Shown here: one piece after another, positions 9,595 through 17,515 of the stretch
How positions within the stretch are numbered: position 1 is the first letter of the stretch
Layout of the letters: the number at the start of each line of letters is the position of its first letter
Origin: Pirellulales bacterium
Lineage (GTDB): Bacteria > Planctomycetota > Planctomycetia > Pirellulales > JALHLM01
Assembly: GCA_022844585.1 (NCBI GenBank)
Contig: JALHLM010000005.1
Location: 1 to 32,880, forward strand
Direction: 5' to 3'
DNA: 32,880 nucleotides
The notes under the pieces: generated by a model
Told to the model about the DNA's origin: nothing
Database searches by the model: none
Seen by the model: the letters and a program-made list of their open reading frames with translations, nothing else
Made by a program: the position numbers and the translations under genes

Positions 9595-9972
9595 CTACTC
9601 CGTTCCCACGAACTTGGTATGAATCCGCAACTGCTGCTCGAACGAATCACTCCATCGCCAGTGGTCTTCGCCCGCCAGCGGCATCACTTCGAACACATCG
9701 GTGTGCGTTGCTCGCGGAAGCTTGATCCGGTCGCCTCGCTCGGGCAGTGTCAGGTTGTCCGCCAGCACAACGTCAGCTCCCGCAATCAGAAAATCCCATT
9801 GCTCGTGCCGTTCCAACGCTCCTGCGGTGGTTTCAACCAGCACGTCTTTCCTTCCGACCGTGGCCTGCACCTCGACCGACTCCGCGCCTCGCGTGTACGT
9901 GACGGTCTGGGAGCCATGCTCTTTGAGCTGACTCGCCAGGAACGTCGCGCCGGTTTCAAACAGGTCTGCCAT
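9595..9972 (-). CDS. Head-tail joining protein (gpFII/head-closure-like)
   Basis: 125 aa with PERGDRI and LRIHTK motifs, directly after DUF2190. Confidence 0.7.
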   Translation of the reverse strand: MADLFETGATFLASQLKEHGSQTVTYTRGAESVEVQATVGRKDVLVETTAGALERHEQWDFLIAGADVVLADNLTLPERGDRIKLPRATHTDVFEVMPLAGEDHWRWSDSFEQQLRIHTKFVGTE

Positions 9973-9975
9973 CGT

Positions 9976-10812
9976 TTACCGCGAGATGATTTCCACATCC
10001 AAGATGTCGAGCCGCACGATGTTTGCGGCGTTGGCCACCGACCAGGTGGCGCTCACGATCAAGTCCTGCGGCAACGTGGTGTCGATCGTCGAGGAGGCCT
10101 TGAGGAACGGCTTGGCGGTGACCGTGCCCGGCACGCCGAGGGCCTGAAGACCGGTGGCCACAAACGTTCCGCTCGCCCCCACTGTGCGAATCACCAAGTC
10201 GGCTTCGATGTACCAGATGTCGTTCGTGGCGGGATCGACCGCACCGGTTGAGACGATCGATGTGCCGGTGGTGCCGCCGATCTTGAGTTGGATGGTGAGC
10301 GTGTCGGTGGAGTTCTGATTCGACACGATCCCCTGCGCCCGGACGCGGATCACGTCTCCCTTCTTGAGGCGGTTGGCCGGAATCGTGATCGACTTGTTGA
10401 ACGGCGTTTCGGTCGTGGTGTTCAGGACCGAGGAGCTCGCCGCATCGGTCGAATAGGCCAACGGCACTTCGAGTGTCGTGACCAGCTTCACGCGCACGCT
10501 GCTGTCATTGTTGGCGGCGGCGCGAATGCACTTGCCCAGATAGGCGTTGCCACCACCGATCGTTACCGCACGATCGTTGAGATCGTCCCAGTAAACGTTG
10601 TCGCCCACTTCGAAGGTGGTGAAGACGCCGACTTGCTTGGCGACATCAAACACGCCTTCGATCGCCAGTGCGCCTAGCCGACCAGCAGCGATATCGGCGC
10701 TGGCGATCCCGACGAATTCCGCGTTCTGGACGACAATGTCACCGCCGGTGACGGCCACGGCCGGCGTGTAATCGATCCGAGCCCCGGTCTGGACGTAGGT
10801 TGCTTGAGCCAT
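9976..10812 (-). CDS. DUF2190 capsid cement/decoration protein with C-terminal extension
   Basis: N-terminal ~110 aa (YVQTG..IDYTP, GDIVV, GVFDVAK, GDNVYWD, LGKCI, VRVKL) matches DUF2190; followed by ~165 extra Thr/Val-rich residues. Confidence 0.8.
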   Translation of the reverse strand: MAQATYVQTGARIDYTPAVAVTGGDIVVQNAEFVGIASADIAAGRLGALAIEGVFDVAKQVGVFTTFEVGDNVYWDDLNDRAVTIGGGNAYLGKCIRAAANNDSSVRVKLVTTLEVPLAYSTDAASSSVLNTTTETPFNKSITIPANRLKKGDVIRVRAQGIVSNQNSTDTLTIQLKIGGTTGTSIVSTGAVDPATNDIWYIEADLVIRTVGASGTFVATGLQALGVPGTVTAKPFLKASSTIDTTLPQDLIVSATWSVANAANIVRLDILDVEIISR

Positions 10813-10842
10813 GATTGGAATTGCCTCGTATATATGGAGTGA

Positions 10843-12891
10843 TTACACGCCGTCGGCCCGGATCGCCGCCCGGAAATCCTGCATGGCGACGCCGAAGTCG
10901 AAGTAGCATCGCCACTGAATGCCGAGCGTGTTGAAGTCGGTTTCGCCCGACTCGATCGTGGGGGTCGTGACGCCGTTCAGGTACGCGATTTCGAGCGCCG
11001 CCACATCCGCCGGATTGGCGAACAAATACCAAGCGATCGTGCTGGAGCCCGCCAGCGCTTGAGCGTTCAGATATGGCGACGCCACTGGACGGAAACGTCC
11101 CGCGTGCGGGTTGCTTGCCGGTTTCGGCTTATCGGTCGTGGTCGATTCGTTGACGACTCGTTCGCTGAAGAGCTGCTCGGCCACGACCTTGAGGCCGGTC
11201 GGCACGAGCATCAGCGCCGGTTCCAAGGCCACCGGTTCGCCTTGCTCGTCGACCTGGTCCATAAACTTTTGTTCGGCGAGCGTGATGCCCGATACCGAAA
11301 GCGCAGATGTCGAGCCGGTAAGCAAGTTCTTGTTGCCGACCGAGAAGAAGCTCGTCGGGTTCGAAAGCAACAGCGTGAAGACAGCCTTCTCGACGGCGAT
11401 CGCACTCTTGCGCCCGAGGAAGCGGCTCGTGTCGACCAGCGCTTCGAGATCATCGTTATGCAGCTGCTGGCGATTCAGGGCGACCATCCCGCCGTAGGTT
11501 GCGAGCTGGTTCTGGTAACCCTGCTCGCCGAGCGTGAGGTGCTTGAGCTCGCCGTCGGGACCGACCTGTTCCATGCTGCCGGCCATCGTCATCCGATAGC
11601 GGGTGTGGACTTTGAAGTCGGTGTGATTCGCCGTGCGGCAGAAATTCTGGCTCACTCGCGGAACCGCCAGGTAAGCATCCAGCAATGACTTGTTGGCTAC
11701 GTTCCCCAAGATGCCAGGGAGCGAGATCGTGGAGAAACCGCCAGACGCCCGCAGTTGGCGATCCGCCTCGAACGCTGCTTGGATCACTTCGTCATCGATC
11801 TTACCCGGTCGGATCGAACGACCCGCCGCGCGAATGTATTCGTAGAACAAGGTGCCGATCGAGGCTTTTCGCAGCTTGGCCGCATCCATCGCCTCGAGCG
11901 TCTTCTGGTCGTAGCTTTTTTCGATCAGCTCGGCGCTGACGCCGGCGCTCCGGCAAAGCGCCGCTTCGAGCGGTTTTCCAAGGAGCGGCGAGCTATCGCC
12001 ACCATGAATCGCGGGGGCCGCCGGGCGCGAAGCCCGCAGCACTTCGAGTTCCGTGCGTGTGGCGTCCCAGCCTTCTTCGACGGCCTGAGCGGCGATGCCG
12101 GGATGTCGCGTGGCGATCTCGCGGACCTTGGATTGACGCTTGAGCTCCGCAGCGGCGCTCGCCCGAAGTTCCGTTACGTGATCGGCGGTGTCGACCACGG
12201 CCGTACCGTTCGCGTTGGCGGCGACAGGTTTCTCTTGCCCGGCGTCGAACATCGCCCGCAGACTCACCTGCTGGCTGTCATTGAGCTCGGCCAGTTGGAA
12301 CCCCTTGGCGTCGAGCCATTTTTCAAAGTCCATCGAATCTGCCTCCAAAGTCGGTTGCGCTTGGGCGGCAACACGTGCGCTGGTTTGATCGTCCGCCCCA
12401 AGCGTGACGAAACTGACTTCTTGCAAGGTCGCCTTGCGGGCGATGTAGACCGGTCCGTGGACCTCGCCGCCATTGGCCTGCGCCGTCTTGCCCGCCGGCA
12501 CGAAGACCGCCTTCTCGACGAGCGCTCCGACCGACGCCTGCCACGGAAAACCGTTGATTGAACTGGCCACGACCTCTTGCGCGGCGGAGCCGGCACCCGA
12601 GATCAAGCCGTCGACCAAGAGTGAATTCCCCTCGACGCGGATCTGTTCGGCATGACCGACGCGTTGCCGCGTGTCGTGATCCAGCAAGATCGGCTTCGCA
12701 CCGCGCAAGCGACGCAACCCGGCGAGGTCGACCACGACCGGCGCATCCCAGCCGGCAACTAGCATCGCCGCGCCGGTGTAAGCGGTCATGTTGAAACGGC
12801 GCAGGGCCTGCTCGCCATCGCCAGTTGCTTCCAACAGGCGAACCGCGTCCGCAGCACAGGTCATGTGAATTGCGCCGGGCATCCGTTTCAT
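10843..12891 (-). CDS. Prohead protease-scaffold-major capsid fusion (Mu gpT-like capsid domain)
   Basis: AYTG, ILLDHD (His), WQASVG (Ser) and EVSFVTLGAD protease motifs. Capsid part has DFK, GELKH, TYGGMVALNRQ, AYLNG and DFGV. Confidence 0.88.
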   Translation of the reverse strand: MKRMPGAIHMTCAADAVRLLEATGDGEQALRRFNMTAYTGAAMLVAGWDAPVVVDLAGLRRLRGAKPILLDHDTRQRVGHAEQIRVEGNSLLVDGLISGAGSAAQEVVASSINGFPWQASVGALVEKAVFVPAGKTAQANGGEVHGPVYIARKATLQEVSFVTLGADDQTSARVAAQAQPTLEADSMDFEKWLDAKGFQLAELNDSQQVSLRAMFDAGQEKPVAANANGTAVVDTADHVTELRASAAAELKRQSKVREIATRHPGIAAQAVEEGWDATRTELEVLRASRPAAPAIHGGDSSPLLGKPLEAALCRSAGVSAELIEKSYDQKTLEAMDAAKLRKASIGTLFYEYIRAAGRSIRPGKIDDEVIQAAFEADRQLRASGGFSTISLPGILGNVANKSLLDAYLAVPRVSQNFCRTANHTDFKVHTRYRMTMAGSMEQVGPDGELKHLTLGEQGYQNQLATYGGMVALNRQQLHNDDLEALVDTSRFLGRKSAIAVEKAVFTLLLSNPTSFFSVGNKNLLTGSTSALSVSGITLAEQKFMDQVDEQGEPVALEPALMLVPTGLKVVAEQLFSERVVNESTTTDKPKPASNPHAGRFRPVASPYLNAQALAGSSTIAWYLFANPADVAALEIAYLNGVTTPTIESGETDFNTLGIQWRCYFDFGVAMQDFRAAIRADGV

Positions 12892-12897
12892 GGATCG

Positions 12898-14343
12898 CTA
12901 TTCCTCCACCACGGCTTCTTCGGTGTCTTCATCTGCCGGCTCGTCGTCCGTTTGCGCTACCTCCGCCGGCGCAAGTCCTAACTCGCGCATGAGCGCGACT
13001 TCCTTGGCCCGCTGCCGGAGAGATTCTTCCCAGTCGCGTCCTTGACGGGCGTATTCGTGCGCGAGCGTCGTGGTGTGATTCGCCAGTCGCTGCGATTGCG
13101 CGAGCGCCTCTTTGGCTGGATCAACATGCTCGTGGCCGTCCCAAAACCACTGATGGGCGAGCGTGGCGATCGGCGGCAGTTCGTCCGGTAGAAGGCCGGG
13201 CACGAGCGCCGCTTCGTCAAACCAAGCGGCCAGAATGCGGTCGAGGATCGTGACCTCGAGTTGCGCCTGCTCGACGCGGAGCGCCTTGAAGTACGTCTGA
13301 TGATCCAGACGACCGGAGGCGTAGTTGTAGCCGGAAGAATTGCCTGCCGCGATGTTGAACGGCATGTTCAGGCAGCGAGCGATCTCGTTCAGAAGTTCGT
13401 GCTTGAATTCGGCGTAGGTGGTGGCTGGCTGTTCCGCTTCCATCTGGCTCATCTTCCAGCCGCCCGGCATCGTGAGCAGCGCCCGCTTTTCAAGTTCGAT
13501 CGGTTCGAACGGTTCGGCGGCGTCCGCTTCGCCGTTGGCCGGCGCGTCCGTGTAGAGGATGCCCGCGAAGTCAGCGGCGGTTTCGGCAGCGCCCAGGACC
13601 GCGAGCGTGAACCGCCGCAATTGGGCAAAGAGCGGAAGGGCCGGCATGATGTCAGGGACGCCGCGGGCCTGGCCGGGACGATCGGCGCGAAACCAATGCA
13701 GTACTGCCTCGGCTGGCAGGCGATCAAACTCTTGACCGAACGCGGCAACAGAATCGCCCGGGTGCTGACGCAGAATGTGGTATTCCACCGGGTTGCCGAA
13801 GCGATCGAACACGATTCCGTCGACCGCCTGCGTGCTGTAGGCGCTCAACAGCGGCGTGGTGACTTGCTCGGCTTCGACGAGACGCAGATCGAGTTGGATC
13901 GGCGTCAAGATCGCCGGGTTACTGGTGAGCAGTGCAAACCCTTCGCCATCCTCGGCGCGGGCGACCCGCAGAGTGCGCAGCTTGTCGGCCAAGTTGACGG
14001 CCCTGGCCCAGGCCGCGAATTCTCGCTCGATCCGTCGATTCGCCGGCACGCTCTCCGAAAGCATCTGCAAACGCGGGCCGGTCCCGATCACGTCGTTGGC
14101 GAGCGTCAACACGATCCCGCGGGCGTAACTATTGTTGGACACCTCGTAACGAGCTCGGTTTCGCAGAACGCGACGCACTTCGGGGCTGTTGGCGGCGTTG
14201 GCGGAGAGCCCGTCGGCGTTCGCCCAGTGTCGGCGGTTCTCGTCGTTGGTGACGGCCGCGTCGTAGCGGGCGCGGACGAACCGCGATCGCCGACTTGGCG
14301 TCGGGGTCGCCGGCGAGAACAACTTGGACAACCAACGGACCAC
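12898..14343 (-). CDS. Phage portal protein, lambda family
   Basis: LRNRARYE..NN, DGE, RPGQARGVP, NYASGRLD, HVDPAKE motifs; 481 aa. Confidence 0.92.
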   Translation of the reverse strand: MVRWLSKLFSPATPTPSRRSRFVRARYDAAVTNDENRRHWANADGLSANAANSPEVRRVLRNRARYEVSNNSYARGIVLTLANDVIGTGPRLQMLSESVPANRRIEREFAAWARAVNLADKLRTLRVARAEDGEGFALLTSNPAILTPIQLDLRLVEAEQVTTPLLSAYSTQAVDGIVFDRFGNPVEYHILRQHPGDSVAAFGQEFDRLPAEAVLHWFRADRPGQARGVPDIMPALPLFAQLRRFTLAVLGAAETAADFAGILYTDAPANGEADAAEPFEPIELEKRALLTMPGGWKMSQMEAEQPATTYAEFKHELLNEIARCLNMPFNIAAGNSSGYNYASGRLDHQTYFKALRVEQAQLEVTILDRILAAWFDEAALVPGLLPDELPPIATLAHQWFWDGHEHVDPAKEALAQSQRLANHTTTLAHEYARQGRDWEESLRQRAKEVALMRELGLAPAEVAQTDDEPADEDTEEAVVEE

Positions 14344-14541
14344 TTAGGCGGTTCCCGAGGGGATGAACTTGTTGAGCCGGAGGCCACGTGATGGCTTCTT
14401 CGCGGCGTCTTTCGAGGCCAGGTAGCGATCCGCCGCGATCTGGTCGGCGAGACTGTGCTGCTCAACCGAGCCAGCGTCGCCCGACACTTTGGCCGGACCA
14501 GCAGCGTTCTCGCGAATCTTGGTTTCGAGTTCGTCAGGCAT
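14344..14541 (-). CDS. Small head-completion (gpW-position) protein
   Basis: 65 aa from ATG 14541; its stop abuts the portal start, matching the lambda gpW position. Confidence 0.65.
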   Translation of the reverse strand: MPDELETKIRENAAGPAKVSGDAGSVEQHSLADQIAADRYLASKDAAKKPSRGLRLNKFIPSGTA

Positions 14542-14579
14542 GGTATTGCCCCCAAGACAACTAGCTTGACGAGTCAACG

Positions 14580-14617
14580 AAAAAAGGCCACGCAGGGATG
14601 CGGCCCCGCATGGCCTT
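14580..14617 (-). terminator. Intrinsic terminator/attenuator just upstream of the head genes
   Basis: Minus strand AGGCCATGCGGGG-CCGCAT-CCCTGCGTGGCCT followed by a U-tract; 13-bp stem with two G-U pairs. Confidence 0.7.
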
Positions 14618-14725
14618 TAGAAACGCTCAGTGGTGTCGCCACCGAGACTTCTTCGATTTATTCTATCGGCTGACCTGCTTCTCGTTCGGGTTTTGCAACA
14701 ACAATCGGAACGCTGGCCAAGAATT

Positions 14726-14741
14726 GTTCCATCCGTGTAAC
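14726..14741. promoter_or_regulatory. Imperfect palindrome GTTCCA-N4-TGTAAC, candidate activator site for late genes
   Basis: 5/6 dyad in the intergenic region upstream of a TAGAAT -10-like hexamer (minus strand, 14660-14665). Confidence 0.35.
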
Positions 14742-14760
14742 CCACGCCTGCTTAGAATCA

Positions 14761-15939
14761 TCAGTGACCTTCGATCGCCGAAATCTCGTCAGGCGACAAT
14801 TGCCATTTTTGGCATAATGTCAGAGCGCCTTGAATCTCTTGCGCGACGTGTGGCAGTCGGAGCTCCGGAGAGGAAATCGCCTCTTCGCTGTTCACGAATC
14901 GCCAATCGTTCGGCGTGCCAAGTTGTTGTTCCACTTGTTCATTTGTCACTTCAATGCCTCGGACAAATGGAACGTGGTCGGGAGATGTCGGATCGAAAAT
15001 ATACGAAAAGTCCATAGCCCATGGCCGGGACGCAAACAATGGAGCATCGGGAGACTTGAAAAACTCGGCGCGGACCGCGTGGTCAGTGTGCAAATGGCCC
15101 GCATAGGAGCCGCAGTCTTTACCCTTCAGCTTTTCGAGGTCAGGTAGCGGCACGTCTTCGTTCCATTCATACTGCTTAAATGGTCCATTGATGTCGACGT
15201 CCATGAGCCAGGTTGCACGACCATCTTTTGTGACGGCGGCCGTGTCAATGGTCAGCATAGCCGTGCGCAGTGCCCACTCAATCCGTGTGCTTCTTTTTTC
15301 GTACCACTCTTGAGTCATGATCATGTGACCCAAACTGTTTGCGGTGAACGCGATTCCGCCGGGAATCCTATGGTCATGCCACCATCTTCCTTCTGCTGCA
15401 CTGGCAAAGTAATCGACCGAAAACGTAAACTGCCATGTTTTCTGGGTGCCTGGATTCAAGAGATACAAAGATTCGCTGACGATGTCGTTTCCCTCGCTGT
15501 CCATCGCGTTGGACCAGCCAGCAAGTTGCTGCAATCGAAGCGAGAACTGGCGTAGCGATTCGTCCGGTGCCGCAAACGCTAACCGTTGCGACGCAACGAC
15601 GAGCATGAATCCATGAAGGGGTCGACCACGAAACGCGCGGCGCTTCCACAGAAGTCTTGACTCAAGAATCTTCTGAGAGACATGTTCATCTGATTCGAGC
15701 AAGTCTCGATCAGTCAAAAAACAGTACTGCAGTTGTCCCTTCGCAGCGGCAATGCGCCCAAAGAGGCATGGCTGCTCTCGCTGCAACCAGGACTTAAGCG
15801 ACTCCTCGCGTTCCGTATCATAGGCGAATGGATGGAACAATACTCTGTTAACAATCTGCGATTCCTCCGAAAATGGATTCGAATCTCGCCAACGGTCCAC
15901 GGTTAGACCGTCATACAATGCTTTTAGAGTTGTTGTCAT
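14761..15939 (-). CDS. Uncharacterised 392-aa protein with QPCLFG and His-rich motifs (possibly distant YqcI/YcgG-like)
   Basis: Long ORF with 4-nt ATGA overlap with the upstream gene; motifs PCLFG, WWHDHRIPGG, NSLGH, GHLHTDH. Confidence 0.75.
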   Translation of the reverse strand: MTTTLKALYDGLTVDRWRDSNPFSEESQIVNRVLFHPFAYDTEREESLKSWLQREQPCLFGRIAAAKGQLQYCFLTDRDLLESDEHVSQKILESRLLWKRRAFRGRPLHGFMLVVASQRLAFAAPDESLRQFSLRLQQLAGWSNAMDSEGNDIVSESLYLLNPGTQKTWQFTFSVDYFASAAEGRWWHDHRIPGGIAFTANSLGHMIMTQEWYEKRSTRIEWALRTAMLTIDTAAVTKDGRATWLMDVDINGPFKQYEWNEDVPLPDLEKLKGKDCGSYAGHLHTDHAVRAEFFKSPDAPLFASRPWAMDFSYIFDPTSPDHVPFVRGIEVTNEQVEQQLGTPNDWRFVNSEEAISSPELRLPHVAQEIQGALTLCQKWQLSPDEISAIEGH

Positions 15940-16151
15940 GAGCCGATTGGACTTAAAGAACCGAACTTCTTGATTGTCACCGGAAAACCGTGCCAGCCAT
16001 CACGCAAGTATTCCAGATCTGGCGGCCGGTTTGAAGACAGATAAAGCACGATCGCCTCCTGTCCATCTTTAAGGCCGATTCCGATCGAAACCAGCCATGA
16101 TGGACGGCCAATATGCTCTCGAAGCTCTGTTGCAGCTTCTTGAATGCTCAT
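15936..16151 (-). CDS. 71-aa protein paralogous to the N-terminal (pro)domain of the adjacent protease
   Basis: Coupled on both sides (TGATG and ATGA overlaps). Ungapped alignment to protease residues 62-106 gives 11/45 identities. Confidence 0.75.
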   Translation of the reverse strand: MSIQEAATELREHIGRPSWLVSIGIGLKDGQEAIVLYLSSNRPPDLEYLRDGWHGFPVTIKKFGSLSPIGS

Positions 16152-17239
16152 CAGATGCCGTGTTGCGCAACGAGTGAAATACCGCCAAAAAGCGAAAGGA
16201 CGTGAGAGATGGGCATCATCAAACCGTAGTCGCCTGTCTTGTTGGATGAGAATAGCACACCAACGGCGTACTTCGCATCTTCGCTGACCACGAGTGACCC
16301 TGAATCACCGGGAAGGGCAAAATGCGGCCCATCACCCATCACGTACCACATGTTTTTGAACCAAACGGTTCCCTTAAAATACTTTGTTTGACAGGGGATC
16401 GGAGTGGGCTCGTCGATGAGGGCTTCCACCGTACCGAAAGACTTTCCAGTCGTACGACCGGTTTTCATGACTTTCAGACCAGCCGATGGGCTCAGTATGG
16501 CGGAGGGCGTATCGTAGCCTTGATCGTCGCCCTGCCACGAACTCACCTTTGAAGGATCTGGGATCAATCCAATCGCGACGTCTTCCACACATGGATGCAC
16601 GAGTTCTGGGTCTCCGCTGCGCAGCGGTACGATTTCAGAATGTCGTGCAATTTCGCCAGGGGAGCGGAGTTGCGGTGCGGCGTCGACATTTGCTGGGGCA
16701 AGGATAGGCATGTTTACCGGCGTATGATTGCACGCCCCGAAAACATGGTTGTTGGACAGTGCAAAGAGTTGGCCATTACGAGAGACGATTGCTCCGAAGG
16801 TTCCGGCATACTCCGCACCTGCAGGGGCACACGAGCTCCCACAGGCAATGCGCTTCATCCGTTCGAACACATGTGGTTGTCCAGTATTCCCGTGAGCTAG
16901 CTCCGGCTTAATGTTCACGCCGCCGATTTTTCGAATTGTTACACTCACTCCATTGACTTCGACGGGCAACTTGCGAAAGTCTCGCGCCGAACCTTTTGTG
17001 GCGTAGATCACAACGCCGGGGTTTTCCTTTCCATGTTCAAACCCGACTGCCTGCACCTCCATACCGACGTAGGCTTCACTAGCATCCCACAGAGGCTGAG
17101 CATTCTGGATTGCCGCAAGTTGCATGCCGACTCCTTTTGTACCGATCGGCGTACCGACTGCCGAATATCGACCTTCTTCGCGAAATCTTTGAGCCAAAAT
17201 CGCTGCCGCCTTTTTTGCCTTTAGAACTGCACTGCCCAC
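16151..17239 (-). CDS. Trypsin-like (clan PA, Nal1-like) serine protease, no signal peptide
   Basis: Catalytic triad contexts SNNHVF, EDVAIG and PGDSGSLVV; also GTFGAIV and KTGRTTG. Confidence 0.88.
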   Translation of the reverse strand: MGSAVLKAKKAAAILAQRFREEGRYSAVGTPIGTKGVGMQLAAIQNAQPLWDASEAYVGMEVQAVGFEHGKENPGVVIYATKGSARDFRKLPVEVNGVSVTIRKIGGVNIKPELAHGNTGQPHVFERMKRIACGSSCAPAGAEYAGTFGAIVSRNGQLFALSNNHVFGACNHTPVNMPILAPANVDAAPQLRSPGEIARHSEIVPLRSGDPELVHPCVEDVAIGLIPDPSKVSSWQGDDQGYDTPSAILSPSAGLKVMKTGRTTGKSFGTVEALIDEPTPIPCQTKYFKGTVWFKNMWYVMGDGPHFALPGDSGSLVVSEDAKYAVGVLFSSNKTGDYGLMMPISHVLSLFGGISLVAQHGI

Positions 17240-17254
17240 GCGACGCCCCCGTTT

Positions 17255-17515
17255 CTATGTTTTTGGTGGTTGCCCACCTTCAAACTTAACTGGTCGTGCT
17301 TCACTCTGCCATATGGGGGCCTTCCATCCCCCGATTGGGTGCTCCCAGGTCGAAAGCCGCCTGCGACACTTCAGGCATTCTCGCCGGCGCATGATCACGC
17401 CAGCCGCTGCAGCGCGCGTGTATACTACTCTGGTCCGATTAGACCCACATTGGGGACAAATCAGCCCCTTTGAATCATTGGAATTGACGTCAAATTGTTT
17501 CGACTTCATGGTCAT
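17255..17515 (-). CDS. Ogr/Delta- or NrdR-N-like zinc-ribbon protein, putative late transcription regulator
   Basis: CPQCG...VVYTR...RRRECLKC...TWE; overlaps the terminase stop. Confidence 0.75.
   Translation of the reverse strand: MTMKSKQFDVNSNDSKGLICPQCGSNRTRVVYTRAAAAGVIMRRRECLKCRRRLSTWEHPIGGWKAPIWQSEARPVKFEGGQPPKT

Noticed and set aside
13261-14391. 376-aa + strand ORF (also 11755-12561, 22038-22829 and similar)
   Set aside because: Antisense shadows of portal, capsid and methylase, which carry clear family motifs.
15075-15100. HxHxDH taken as proof that the 392-aa protein is a metallo-beta-lactamase
   Set aside because: The motif lies in the C-terminal third and other MBL motifs are not evident; kept only as a weak hint.
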